The position numbers were made by a program, and so were the translations under genes. Shown piece by piece: positions 13,887-31,505 of a DNA stretch of 64,000 nt (position 1 is the stretch's first letter; each line of letters opens with the position of its first letter). The notes below the pieces were generated by a model, which worked only from the letters and a program-made list of their open reading frames with translations, was not told the DNA's origin and ran no database searches. This stretch comes from the human T2T-CHM13v2.0 reference genome, Homo sapiens: assembly GCF_009914755.1 (NCBI RefSeq), contig NC_060932.1. One strand, 5' to 3'.

Positions 13887-15174
13887 GGAAGCCTTTATCT
13901 TTTAGCTAACGAATGGTTAACTTGGTTGAAGTTTGGGGAAGGGAGAGTTAGAACTTTCTCTGTCTTTGATGGCTGGCTGAGAATACAGGGTAAAGAACTG
14001 TCCAGTGTTGTGAGTGGTGCCTTAGAGTTGCTCATAGCAAGAAAATCACTTGGGAGGGTGGAAGTGGCTCTCAGATGGTCATTGGTTACCTATAACTTAT
14101 TTAAAGAAGACCTTGAGAAGTTGGGACATATCTTGTCACTGAGGAAATTGTGCCAAAGAACTGCTGCTTTATTAACGCATTTGATCAGATTTGAAAAGAG
14201 AGCTCTGTATACACTCTTTTTCTAACTCCAAAGAAATTTTGTTTCTAGAAAGATTCAATTACCGTAATGATGTTCTTTGGAAATGTGCCTTTTTGCGTGT
14301 ATATCTTAATATGGATAAAGTTCCAAGGTAGTTCAAAGGTTTTAATAAAATTGTACTTACCAGAGTGATGTGAAATTGGGAATACCCTGTGTGAATGGTT
14401 AACTCTACTTTAAATTGGAAGGTCAATGGGAGTGGGGATCTTCCCAGTAAATCTTAAATCTCTGTGTACGTGTATCTCTGACAGCGAAATCTTACTGGAG
14501 ATTGCAGGGGTTGTAAAGAAGAGACCAGACCTTATAGTATTTTTGATACGCGGATATGTGAATGCTTAAATGCATTTCACTTGTAAAGAATTTATATGCT
14601 CCTTTAGAGAACTAGTCTCCAAAATTTGAAACACATTTATGAAGAAGCCTCTATCATTGCTTTGAAGAAGACACAAGCAAGACATATTTGGCACTATACA
14701 GGCTCATAATATTGAGAGCAAAATGCAATTAAATGCCTGTTTACTACATGTCACTGTTCTCATTTGTGTTTTTAAACAGGAATTGAGTGAAAGCTCTCAT
14801 TGCGATTAAGCCCCTGGTATAATGCATTATTGAAATTAGGCTGTCAGCGCTTGTCTGTGCAATCTTATGTTTTTACTCGTAGATAAATTAGGAATTCTTC
14901 TGAAAAGAATGGCATGAAAGCATTAAGATAACTGGAGAATTCATTTAAGGACAGACTGAAGAGTGATGCCAAATGGCCATTTAAATGTCCTTCAGCTTTT
15001 GTGACTCACTTCTTTTGATGCCATAAAGAAAGTACATTGCATAGAACTCCTAGCTGAGACATCTTCAAAAAGAGTTAACATCATTCATTTTGGATACTCA
15101 CTTCTCATCCAGAGAAACTTCTAACCACTCAAAGAAGACATTTTAAGAGTTTGAACTAGATCACCTGGATTAAA

Positions 15175-15300
15175 AAGCCCAGCTCTGAGCCATTTCCTTG
15201 TCTGTGAAATGGAGATAATGACACCTCCCCAGGTGGCTGTGGGGAGCAAATGAATAGGTGTAAATGCTGAGTACACAGTTGGCACATTGTGAGCAGTCAT
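15175..15300. mobile_element. MIR
   Basis: ctctgagcc...tttcct...tctgtgaaatggagataatgac core. Confidence 0.7.
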
Positions 15301-15969
15301 AAAGAGGGGTTTATAATAAGAAGTAGGAGTGTGTTGACTAAATATCATCTCCTGGAGGCTGCAGAGAGGTTGCTGCCTAATAGACTCTAGAACTGAATAT
15401 TTGGGTCACTGGTTTAATCCCCCATCTGGGTATACTGAATATACTGCTAGTATACTCCTATAGCATAGAGTATAGAATATGCTGTACTCTTAGTAATCAG
15501 TGTCCTTTGGGAGCCAGAGGCTGTCACACTTGCATCTTCTCCACCCTAGACAGGCCTTTGACTCAGCTAGGTTAAAGAAGTAACCTGTGGTTGTTTTTAG
15601 AGATGATGATGAGGTGGTAGGGGAAGGAGGGCACTTGAGGAGTTTGGTGTATGGTCCTCTTCACACATATGCGTGTTTTTATTCTCTTTGCCTTTCCCCG
15701 TTCCCTCCTATCCTCCCTTCTTTTCTTTCTAGGGGTCCCGATCATTATTTCCCAGCCTTTGTTAATATGTCTCGGCATCAACCCTAAGCCCTAAAGGGTT
15801 GTTAGTCCTGATTTGGGTAGTCCTGCAAGGTGCAGCCTATGAACTTCTTGTTCTTAAAGGTGTAACTGCGAATGTCAAATAGGCACAACCTTTGCCACTT
15901 CCATGGTTCTTCTGGGGTGTTACGTCCCATTTTGCTGTATCGAATGTGCTCATTTCTACCTTCTCTTTC

Positions 15970-16520
15970 TTCTCTGTTAGGTTGCAGATAATGGAAACTA
16001 TCCTAACTATTTCGAGCAGGAAGGGGTTGAATATGAGAATTAGATGCTCACAGGAAGGTTGGAATGAAGGTTGCAACTGAAAGTAGGGGAGGGGACCTGG
16101 CCTGAGCCTCATGCGTTGGCTCCCGGGCGGCAAGCTTGATGGGCCCCCAGGGTTGCTGCTGTCATTGCCACAGCCTGGGGGCTGGGAATCAGAACCACCG
16201 CTACAACTGCTAACATCAAGGGTGCACCTTTTGGGCTGTGTTCCATTGATCAGAGAGGCTGCTGCAAAATGCCTCTCCACCCTAGGAAGCTGGTGACTGA
16301 ACATTGCTACCAACAACAAAAACAAGAAAGCAAATGTTTTCCTTAGATGCTCTCCACTTTCCTTCTTATGCTACTCATCTCCCTGCAAGAACACTGTGCC
16401 CAGAACCCTAGCTGCAAGGGACTCTGGGAAATGCAGCTTATAGGTTTCTAGCCTCAAAGGTAGAGGGATGCACACTTGAAGGAGATAGGAGTGAATGTTC
16501 TGTGACAATCCATCATGCGT
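15970..16520. mobile_element. Ancient ERVL/MaLR-type LTR remnant
   Basis: MLT1/LTR33-like motifs (ctagctgcaaggga..ctgggaaatgcag). Confidence 0.45.
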
Positions 16521-17839
16521 AACACATATCTAAAATATATTTCATCCGAGATTTGGCTAGAGTATTTATTTTTAAAATTGGTAGAGATTGACTTTGGAAA
16601 GGTAAGAGGATATGTTGTAAAAATTTTTTAAAGGAGCTAGTTGCTAACCAGTTACCTTTTCAAACAGATGGATGTTATCGTTTTGCAGCTGAAATTGCTG
16701 GAAAAAGCATCAAGCAAATGAATAACTAAAAATTACCAAGCGCCTGCCTCTGCATACGGTACTAATTGAATGAAAATAATGTTTCTTAGGTTTGATTTCA
16801 TAATCAAGGTAAAATATTAGGAAAATGATTGTTTAAAAATTATTTTTCCTTCTCAAAGCCGCAGATAGTCTACCCATTTAATGAACCACAATACAAAGGA
16901 AGAAAGTAATGTACTAAGAGAGAAATAATAGCACCTGGCTTGTTAGTTCTTTCATTAGATGAATTATCTGTGTTTTTCCCGAATCTTTCTCTCCCCTGTA
17001 ACTTTCAGCATGCTCATTTTAAGGATTACAGAAATAGACATGACTTGTTTATTGGAGAATAACATAAGAGTATGCTTGAATTCACTTTAATTACTTATTT
17101 CATACCCTGGTGCTTGTCAGATTCCTTTTTTTCCAAACTATTGAAGTAGATATGATTGGATCTCTTCTATTTTTAAGCAGTAAATTACCAGTTTATTTGC
17201 ACTCACAAATTACATTAGCACATCAAGGGATGGTCTTGATTATTGAACAAAATTTTGTTATATTTACCTCTGATATTTGGAGTTGGAAAATGAGAGAAAA
17301 TATTCGTCCAGGGAGTGGATAACAATAAGGTTATGATAGTATGGTACTTTTATTATAAGTGCAGAACAGTAGCTTACTCGAAGAGAAAGTGGTGTATTCT
17401 CTCATGGTGAGGTGGAAGATGGAAATAATTGAAACATGAACATGTTTCTGCTTTCAAAGAATATTTGTTGATATTTTTAATAGCAACAAAAAGGTAGCCA
17501 AGAGAGGCAAGAAGTAGCAACTGTCTGGGCCCATGTCTTTGTCTTCTCTGTTCCCTTTAACACAGAGCTAGTGAAGTAGGTGAGCTTGATAAATGTTAGA
17601 GAGTTTTAGTGTTTAGAGAAATAATGTGTTTATAAGAAATGAGGACTGCTCTTGGTGCTCTAATCAGTGTTCATAAAGTAATCAGAAGCCATTAAAATTT
17701 TATCAGAGCCTATAACATTCCATGGGACATCAAATTTATGATTAGAGTAATTAAAAAAAATACAGGTACATTCTCAATGTTAAGAGATTTGCATACAAAG
17801 ATGGTAATTCAATGACTTAATACAATTATGAAATAGATC

Positions 17840-17975
17840 TAGGGTGATCAGATGACTTATTGTTCAAGCCAGGACACTTTTGAGAGTGAAGAGGGAATGA
17901 TTACTGATTGCCCTGAATACAGAAGCATAAATGGAGACTACCTCAGCAAACCTAGGGGTGACCAGGACTTAATGG
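17840..17975. mobile_element. MER94-like hAT element
   Basis: agggtga...caagccaggacacttttgagagtgaa...ggtgacc. Confidence 0.55.
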
Positions 17976-18029
17976 TCACTCAAGATTAAGGTGCTAGTAT
18001 TATAGCTTGATTGCATTAACTGCAACATT

Positions 18030-18635
18030 GATTTTAAAAAATTGTAATAAAATATGCATAGAATTTTGTATTTTGCATAGAATGAAGTGTACTATTTTAA
18101 CTGTTTTTTGAGTGTACAGTTCAGTGACATTTATTTTCACATTGCTGTGCAACCATCGCTGCCATCCATCTCCAGAACGTTTTTATCTTCTCAAAGTGAA
18201 ACTCCATACCCATTAAACCATAACTCCCCATCCCTCCTCCTCACAGTACCTTTTTGTTGCTGTTAAAAATATCAATAAGGGATTCCACTTATATAGTATA
18301 TTAGTCCGTTTTCACCCGGCTGATAAAGACATACCCGAGACTGGGTGATTTATAAAGAAAAAGAGGTTTTTTGTCCTTTTGTGATTAATTTATTCCATGT
18401 AGTATAATATTTTCAAGGTTCATCCATGTTATAGTGTATATCAGAATCTCCTTTCTTTTTAAGGCTGAATAATATCCCATTGTTTACGCCACATTATGCT
18501 TATCCATTCAGCTGCAGTTCGGATACATGGCTTGCCTCCACCTTTTGCCTGTTGAGCATAATGCTGCCGTGAATATGAGTGTACGGATATCTCTTAGAGT
18601 CCCTGCTTTCAATTCTTTTAGGTATATACCCAAGT
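18030..18635 (-). mobile_element. L1MB-like 3' fragment containing a THE1 LTR end (~18296-18370)
   Basis: L1M antisense text flanks tattagtccgttttcac...gataaagacatacccgagactggg. Confidence 0.8.
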
Positions 18636-19014
18636 ATTGGTTTTTAAATGAAGAAATTAAAAATGGAAGGAAAAGAAAAGCATTCTTTTCTTCTGTAAGA
18701 TATTTCTGATCCTGTTTCTCCAGCATAGTACTGCATCAGATTGGTGCCCAGCTATGCCTCTGTAGGGTTCATCAGAAGAAGCAGGTAATTGAAAGAAACT
18801 ACCTGCTGAAAAAAGCACCCAAGATCTTAAATTTCATCTCCATACAAGAAAGGAAGCTAGTTTTTCTGTCACAACTACCATGATGCATTTACCACAGATG
18901 TATGTCTCTAAATGAACAAGGCTAGCATCTAGAATGTCAGAATCTGAACAAAGTGAATGATGGCCTTCAGTAGCACAAAGAACCAGCATGAGATTGAACA
19001 AAAGAATTCTCCAT

Positions 19015-19388
19015 GTGACATATACACCATGGAATACTATGCAGCCATAAAAAAGGATGAGTTCCTGTCCTTTGTGGGGACATGGATGAAGCTGGAAACC
19101 ATCATTCTCAGCAAACTTTCACAAAGTCAGAAAACCAGACACCACATGTTCTCATTCATAGGTGGGAATTGAACAATGAGAACACTTGGACACAGGGCGG
19201 GGAACATCACACACCGGGGCTTGTCAGGGGTCGGGGGCTGTGGGAGGGATAGCATTAGGAGAAATATCTAATGTAAATGACAAGTTGATGGGTGCAGCAA
19301 ACCAACATGGCACATGTATACCTATGTAACAAACCTGCATGTTGTGCACATGTACCCTAGAACTTAAAGTATAATAATAATAATAAAA
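19015..19388 (+). mobile_element. L1PA 3' end, 5'-truncated, with TSD
   Basis: L1 3'UTR and (TAA)n tail; TSD aaaagaattctYcaYgtg at ~19000 and ~19386. Confidence 0.95.
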
Positions 19389-19469
19389 AGAATTCTTCAC
19401 GTGACCAAGAACATCTTTGTAACACAGGGGACCATGAACTTCCTGGGTGAAAGGGAACAGGTCTAACAA

Positions 19470-20180
<711 letters not shown>

Positions 20181-20739
20181 TGAAAGGAGACAGGCTACAG
20201 CAGAATAGGGAGCTTCCAGGTACCCAGAAAAGTATTCTTCCTTTGGCTGTGGAAGTAGACACCTGAATGCCAGTGTCAAGAACATACGTGCAGCTGATCT
20301 CAATTCAGACAATCCCTTTATGGAAGTGGAGACATCAAATTGCAACTCTTCATTGGAAGTTTTAAGTAACACAATTTCCACTGGAGCTTTACAGTCCTGG
20401 AAAGTAATGTCCATGCCTCTGGGACAAATAAGGAGTTGCTGCATTTACTATATGGGAATTGCTCCCCCTGTTTAATTCTCTGAGCCAGTTTTGGCACTCT
20501 AAGGAGTCAACAGAGGAAATCTGCTCATTTTTAGTGGCAGCCTTAAGGGAAATAGTTACATTTCAGTCACTAGTAGTAACCAAGCTTAAGAAAATATATC
20601 TGCAAAAGCTACCTGACAATCAGAAATGGTAGCTGAGAACCAAACACGTATTAAGGAGCTTTCAGAAAAATGGAGCCCACGGAGTATCTTACGGCAGCCC
20701 AGAATGGACAGTGTTCCCAGGCCTGCTCTCCTTGGACTG

Positions 20740-21625
<886 letters not shown>

Positions 21626-21710
21626 TTAATTTAAAAAAATCATATTTTTTTTAAAGTTAAGAAATGCCTCACTTGATGCTAGCATAGGAGTTGTAGAAAA
21701 CATTACCTTC

Positions 21711-22138
<428 letters not shown>

Positions 22139-22776
22139 TCAGCTACACTGCACCTTCAGTGCAGACATTTCACCCAGGCTTTTAGCAGGCGAGGAGAATA
22201 TATTCAATCAGACTTCTCAGCAGACCACTTCCTTGCCATCCAGTTTCATATTGGTTAAAGACTTGGATCAGAGACCACAGAATCCATTAACAGACACAAC
22301 TGAAACCACAGAGAATGCCAGCCCTGAAGCTGCAATGCCAACCATCCACAAGTTTCTCCAACCTTCTACCATTAATGTTTTGTCCTACAGACATGGACTG
22401 GATTCTCCATGCTAGCTTTCCTCTGCAGGAAGCTCTTGGGGCTATGCATTGAGTTGGCAGAAATGCAGACCTTGATATTCTTGCTTTGCTAGGACACCAT
22501 CATAACTATGGAAAAATGGGCTTCATCATATGCCATTCCCTTCAAAAGGCTGTGTAGACACACCCATACATATACATTATGTGTAGAAACCTACATGCAG
22601 AATGTTGAGTTAGATAATTTTAACGATTTTTGTCAGCCAAAATAATTTATGATCTCTTGTCTGATAGTTTGTCTACTTGTTAAAATGTGGGCCTTTTAAA
22701 ATGTGTTGGCAGTATGTGCATACAGAAGATTTTCGTTCTCCTTAAGATGATGTGTTCTGGCTTAAATTTTTTTTTT

Positions 22777-23085
<309 letters not shown>

Positions 23086-23442
23086 TGATGGTTTTATGTG
23101 TAGCATACCACTTTAGAATGAAAGTGAGTCTTTGAAAAGCAGAACCTACTAGAAATCCTACCACTGGCACAGCTAACAGCTGACTGACTTCACGCTGTGG
23201 CTGTGTGTTTGTGCTATAGACGAGGTAGGGCTTGTCAACTTAATTGTCAAGTTAAAAACTTGTAGCCACATGATTTGGGGGTTTGATTTCTTCCCAGTCC
23301 GCTGAGTATTATGATTTATCCATTAAAGCAGGAAATTCAAGAATAATTGAATAACTAAAAAATGGAGGAAAAATTATGTTATATTTTTACATGGAGCTTT
23401 TTATTACAGGTAAATAGTAATCACTAAACCATGTATACTGGC

Positions 23443-24052
<610 letters not shown>

Positions 24053-24849
24053 ATGTATACAAGTTTTTTAAAACCTTGTGCAATGGCTACTTTCATTTAA
24101 GCTGTGCCTGAGTAGCTCCTGTTTTCTGTTTATTTAAACTAGGCTGCAGCGTGGCATGATAGATCTGTGGACATGTGGAATCAGCCCATATGGGTTCTAG
24201 TCCTTGCTCCTCAAGAAACTAGTGATATTGTTTCCATACTGGTTGATTCCCAAATATTTATAAATGACACCAATCGCATCAGCTTTGGTTTTGTAAACCA
24301 TTCACTTGTTTTTGACTCTGATCTTCTCGTACATGAACTGTGTAACTTCTCATTTTCTAACAATTTAGGATGCCCTAAAACAGAGGTTTTATGATCAAGG
24401 TAGAATATTGGCTTTTCTAAGGAAACTCAAAAAGACTCGTGTCATTATTGTGACATTAGTTTTGTTATTTTAAAGCTATTTTTCAAAAATATTGTATTGC
24501 ATCTTTTTGAAAAACATTATTTTACATTTCAACATCATTGACATGGGGTACATCCTACAGTTGATAACACATCCTCATCTTTCTTGGCAATAAGTAAAAT
24601 AGTTGTGTATTTTACAAAATAGATGGCCTCCTAGCTTCTGTGAAATGTGTGATAGCCACTTACCAGAACATTTCCATCCTGCCGCAGGAACTTCATGTCG
24701 AATGCTTTGTCTTATTTATTTTGTAATTTTAAATTTGGAGCCAGAGTTCCGTATTCCTGTTTAATTTGTTTTTTACTTTTAAAGCAGTTTATGATAGAAC
24801 TCCTTGAGGTTAAAAAATAGTATTTGTAGTTTTTAACTCTAAATAATTG

Positions 24850-25179
24850 CTTTTTGTTTGTTTTTGCTTGTTCGTTTGTTTTTGAGACGGGGTCTCTCTC
24901 TGTCACTCAGGCTGGAGTGCAGTGGCACAGTCACAGCTCATTGTAGCCTCAAACTCCCGGGCTCAAGCGATCTTCCCTCCTTATCCTCCTGAGTAACTTG
25001 GACTATAAGCATGCCACCACACCAGGCTAATGTTTTTTGTTTGTTTGTTTGTTTGTTTTGTTTGTAAAGATGGGGTGTCACTACGATGCCTAGGCTGGTC
25101 TCAAACTCCTGGCCTCAAATGATCCTCCCAGTTCGGCCTCCCAAAGTGCTGGGATTACAGGTGTGAGCCATGTGCTTGG
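24850..25179 (-). mobile_element. AluJ-like
   Basis: Antisense Alu dimer. Confidence 0.9.
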
Positions 25180-26019
25180 TTCAGAGATAAGACTGTTTTC
25201 TTACACACAGGCTTATCTCTGAAAAAGCAAACACAGTCATAAAATGGAATATGAAAACCGAAAAAATTAAACTTTCCAAAATAGTCTGGTTTATTCTGGT
25301 CACAGACTTAATAACCCCTCCCACTAGAAGAAGTACAATTTGCTGCCACAGGAAAGCTTAAAATGTCAAACACATTCTTATAGAATACAGTGCAAGCTGC
25401 CTGCAAATGAGGCCATTCTTTCAACTGGTGTTATTCCCTGCTTCAGTGCAGTTTTCATAATCGTGGCACTTACTCAGAACCAAAAGCCTCTGTGTGTGAT
25501 ATAAGCATTCAAGCCATATGGCTGAATTGGTTTTTGTAGGTATTAAGCAGGTGTGGATTCGGAGACTCTGGAGGGAACTACAAAATCCAAGCTATTGAGG
25601 AGCTCAGTTGGAAAGAAACAGAGCTAGCATCACAGTGAACACAGAGCATAGAGATGGTGGCAGGGAGATTTGGCTAAAAAGCAGAAGGCTGGCAATCAGA
25701 AGGCCAACTACTCAAGGGCTTAGCCAGAAGACATGGTGTGGCCAGCCTTCCCCAGCATCCGGATCCCCGTCCAGAACCAAGGTGGCCTGTGAGCTGTCAG
25801 TACAGGATGTCACCAAACTCATTAGTCCAAAGCTGACCTGTCTGATGACCCGAAAGTCTTTTTCTTCATATTTTTGATAGGATCCCAAAAGGCTTAGTTG
25901 TCTGATTTTTTTTTTTTTTAAGCCCAAGGTAGACTACAAGCAGGAAATTAGAAAGTGGAGGAGCTTGTGGAGACAGGCACAATGAGAGTGAGAAGTGGCA
26001 GCCGACAGCAAGGTGGGGC

Positions 26020-26563
<544 letters not shown>

Positions 26564-26659
26564 TGTGCTCAGGGTGTGGGCGGGGGGAAGAAATACTCCA
26601 AACAGATACAACCATGTGCCATTTAGTGTGGATGCAGACACTTTGTTAACCCCGGAAAG

Positions 26660-26812
26660 CATTGCTACTGTATAATACTTTGTCGTCTTTATTGATAACC
26701 CCTATGTTATCAATAAAGATGTGTTGTTTACAAGCTAGACATTGCTGTTCTGTAATACTTTGTCATAATTAGCTCCTATGTTACCAATAAAAAATGTGTT
26801 ACTTATAGACTA
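26660..26812. repeat. Degenerate 80-bp tandem duplication with hairpin in copy 1
   Basis: cattgct...taatactttgtc...cctatgtta.caataaa..atgtgtt at 26660 and 26740. Confidence 0.85.
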
Positions 26813-28184
26813 TTTAGATAGACATAAAAGCATGTGTTGGAAAGATTTCCATGATAATACAGCTATTTCTATTGTTTAGCCATGTGGCACAGCATTTATT
26901 TAAATTGGTCTAAATTTTTAGTTCAGTGCCCATTTATTTAGCCTGGGACTTCTTTGATTAATACAGGAGATGGCAAGCATGAATACCATCCAATGTATGA
27001 GAGTAAGAACTGGATGCTGTGGGAACTCACAGAGCACCCTCATTTCTAGCGCATAGGGTTAGGGGAACCATCCTGTTCAAGATGGGACCTGAGCTTCGTA
27101 GGGTTTGTTGAGGAGCTGGGTGCAGTGGGGAAGTCTGCAGGCCTTGTTTTCCCAGAGGAGCAAAAAAATCGGCTTTACCACATTCTTACTACCTTGCTTC
27201 CATTTTACAGTGTTCCTTTCCATGTTTACATTATGAGATTATAATCCAAAAGCATTTTAGGGCTAGGTAGTACTCTAGTACTCACCTTCCTTACAGACAC
27301 CGACGGTGAATACTCCCAAGGTGTGGGAAGGATAGGTAATGACATCCTAGGTATTTTTTTAACAGTACACAAAATTCAAATTGAGAAGCAGAAATGTTTT
27401 ACAAGTTTCATGTCCAAACAAGACATATCTTTAGGATCCTGGGTAAGTCATCTCCTGAATTTGTTCTCTTTCTGAAATGATCATCCAAAGATATGCACAA
27501 TGTTCAGAAATCTTTGATCAGTTAAGTTAAATACCAGTGGGTTGAACAAAGGCATAGGTAAAAAGTCATCAAAGGTTTTAGGAACAAATGTATTTCATAG
27601 GACTAGACAGTGGCACAGCTGAGACTTGAGTTTGGGACTATAGGTCTAGAAAAATCCTTTTCTGAACTACTACTCCATCCTATAGCTCCCCTACAAAGAC
27701 TGAACCTCACCAGACCATAACGAAATGGCAGGGATGGTGACAACGATGATTTGTTTACCCCAGAGATTTTTCTTGGGTTAAAGTTGACATTAAAAAGGAT
27801 GACATTCTCCAGTTACCATTTGACCAACTCAGACCCTCTTCAATTAGATTGTTTTTAGCTTTTCTCCACCAATGAACTAATAATTAAATGCATCCTTTCT
27901 AATTAAAGCAGCTCATTAACAATGGCAAAGCCTCCTGAGTTTTCAATTTTTCTTTTTAAGTGAGTAGTCACTTCCATAGTAGAATTACTCATGCACTTAA
28001 AATGTCAGGAGAGTATTAAATACATCTTTATGCATATAGTGATGGTCAGTATGAAAGTGATCAGTGGGACAAAGCTTAACAAATGGGTTTTGAAGCATTG
28101 TTAACAGTTTAATTTTCCCATGTCTTTGGACAGGCTGAAGGTCCTTATTATACAGCTGCTAAAAAAGAGAACAGTCTTCTAATT

Positions 28185-28472
28185 TGTTTACTTATTTACT
28201 TTCTGAGACAGGCTCTTGCTCTGTTGCCCAGGCTGGAGTGCAGTGGCACGATCTTGGCTCACTGCAACCTCCGCCTACTGGGCTCTCACCTCAGCCTCCT
28301 GAGCAGCTGGGACTACAGGCACACACCACCACACCCAGCTAATTCTTGCATTTTTAGTAAAGATGGGATTTCACCATGTTGTCCAGGCTGGTCTCAAACT
28401 CCTGGGCTTAAGCAATCCACCCACCTCGATCTCTCTAAGTGCTGGGATTACAGACATGAGCCACCACCTGGC
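28185..28472 (-). mobile_element. Alu
   Basis: Antisense Alu dimer. Confidence 0.9.
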
Positions 28473-29220
28473 CAAAAGTGCTATTTTAAATGAAATACTG
28501 TTCAAGTCACGGAAGACATACATCCCAAGGGACTATAAAGTTCTACAGGAGTATATGACTTTCTGGGCATGTGGCCTGTGTGATGGGGATGAGGTCAAGA
28601 AGAGTGAGGAAGTGGGCAGATCTTCCTGGTTTCTGTCCCTTTAATCTAGAAAGCCTCAGGCTTGTTGTTTGGTTGGAATTGCTGTAAAAGGAGACTTTTC
28701 CTTTCATAAACAGACATTATCCAGTGACAGACATTTTAGCAATTTCTGGTATATTTGTTGTGAAGAGCTACATAGTTTTAAATAAATTACCAAAATCCCT
28801 TAATGCTTTCTAATAGGAGGTCTGCATTTTAATGGAATGCAATCAGGTTAACTGGAATCTTAAGAGAGTGACATTTGGAGGCATGAGCTGTGAGCCGATA
28901 GCCACGTGGACTCCAGGTTCAACTCCCTACTCTGGGAGGAGTCAGTCCTCAGGGTGGGAGGGACAGCCTGAGCAGCTGGCAGTCCAGAAGGCCCCTCCCT
29001 GAGTCGCGAGAGTGCACCCCTACCTCTCACAGGAGGTGTAGTCCTGTTTGACAAGGTCAGTTACTAGAAGAGGTGTAGTATGGTGGGTAGAGAGCCATGC
29101 TGTTCATTATCTACACAGGCCTGGCCTGACTCACCCCATGGAGAAGCAACAGATTTGCAGGACTTCGGCAGTGGTCACATAAGCCTGCTCTTACACATAT
29201 TTATATAAAACCGAAAAGTG

Positions 29221-29544
<324 letters not shown>

Positions 29545-29669
29545 TCATTACACAGGTTTCCATCCATCCTAGTCTCTGGGACAGTGCTAGCTACATTTGG
29601 GCTCACAGAGGCCTGTAAATCTACCTTCCTATGTTTCTGTATTGTGTATATATAAGTAAGTAAACAATT

Positions 29670-30335
29670 GCACCCAGTCACTCCTTTGCATCCAAAGGGG
29701 ATTGGTTCCAGGACCCACTCTACCCCCACACCCCTGTACTAAAATTCATGGATGCACAACTCTGTGATACAAAAGGGCATAGTATTTGCATATAACCTGT
29801 GTACATTCTCCCATTATTTTAAATCATCTCTAGATTACTTGCAATAACCTAATACAATGTAAGTGCTAAGTAGTTGTAATAATGTATCTCTTATTTGTAT
29901 TATTTTTTATTTTTTCCTAATATTTTTTCTTTTTTAAAAATTCTCTTTTTATTGTTTCTTTCTTCTTTTTTTAGAGAGTGAGTGTCTCTCTATACCGCAG
30001 GCTGGAGTGTAGAGTGCACTGGTACAATCACGGCTCATTGCAGCCTCAAGTGCCTGGGCTCCAGGAATCCTCCCACCTAAGCCTCCCAAGTAGCTAGGAC
30101 TACAGGCCTGCACCACCACACCCAGCTAATGTTTTAATTTTTTTTTTTTTTTTTTTTTGTAGACACATGGTCTTGCTATGTGGCCCAGGCTGGTCTCAAA
30201 CTGACCTCAAGCCATCCTCCCACCTCAGCTTCCCAAAATGCTGGAATTACAGGCATGATTCTGATTTTAAATATTTTTGATACACAGTTGGTCAGATTGG
30301 TCCGTGTGGAACTCAGAAACAGAAGGCCAACCATG
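29670..30335. mobile_element. MER2 (TcMar-Tigger) split by antisense AluJ (~29955-30258)
   Basis: ggggattggttccaggaccc...gtatttgcatataacct...aaatcatctctagattactt; resumes aatatttttgat. Confidence 0.85.
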
Positions 30336-31269
30336 CATAACGAGGCAGAACTTTTGGAGATCCTTGGTGACCTCACTGTTGCTGAATAAACTTTAGCCCC
30401 TCACCTGGTGATAACACCAATACCACCTGGTTTTCTTCCAGGTATGTGCAAAGTGTTTCAGTTCTGTGAACAAAAATATTTGAAACAAAAAACAAATTTA
30501 CTTCGTTAGCTTGTAGACATCTGTTGTTATTAAACAGACCAGTGCCTTCCTTCACTGTCCATGAACTTTTGGTCCTGTTTTTTATGTAAGCCTATTTCTC
30601 CTCATTTATTCACTCTTATTTTCAAAGTAGCATTTGCCCAACTTTTACGTTGTCATGTATTCAGTATTCTCCATCCCAACCTAACAGTGAAGAGAGCACA
30701 TTGTGGCAGGTGCCTTCCTCTTCTTATTGCTGCATGATTCCAATCCAATTTCATGGCTTGGTGCAGGGCCTCTTGGTAAACGTGGACTCCGTTGTTCAGA
30801 TCTAGAGCAGACGCCTTCTGGGCGGTCCTACAGATTTACATCAGTGAAAGAGATGAGCCGGCTGTGCTGACCTTTTTTGAGGCTTGCAATGTATTCAAAT
30901 GTGTGAGATGGTTAATGCAGCTGTCAATATTAATACTATTCCGTGGATTAAGGTCCTAAAAATATCCAGCCAAGTTTAAAAAGTATCACTACAGAAAATC
31001 ACAATTTTATTTGGAAGTGGAATTAGGAATTGGCACCAAGGCTTTTTATGACACTTTTGGCTTCCTGTCACTCACTTCATGTCTTTCTAGCCTCTTAGTC
31101 TGTACAGGGTAACACGTTTGGGAACTGTGATAAGAAGAAATTCAAGTCTGCATATTGGCTGCCAATGCTCGAAAGTTCTGTTGTGATTTGGGGGATGTTA
31201 AAACACATTTCTCTATGAAGGCTCAGTCTTAAAAGAGGAGAGGCACTTTAGAAAGTATCTGTATTTCTT

Positions 31270-31505
31270 CATTTTTTGCATTTTTAAATGATGTATCATA
31301 GTTGTACATATTTTGGGGTACATGTGCTATTTTGACACATGTATACAATATGTGATGATTAATCTGAGTAATTTGCATACCGTCACCTCAAACATGTATC
31401 TTTGCCTTGGGAACATTGCAGTTCTTGTAGCTATTTTGAAATAGACAATAAAGTTTTGTTAACTGTCGTTTCCCTGCTGTATTATCAAATACTGGTATTT
31501 ATTTA
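31270..31505 (-). mobile_element. L1MA-like 3' fragment
   Basis: ttgtacatattttggggtacatgtg...tagctattttgaaata. Confidence 0.75.

Noticed and set aside
14780-14816. Possible small exon (tttttaaacag|...ctg|gtataa); similarly the strong acceptor at 46978
   Set aside because: The donors are weak or missing; cannot be separated from chance.
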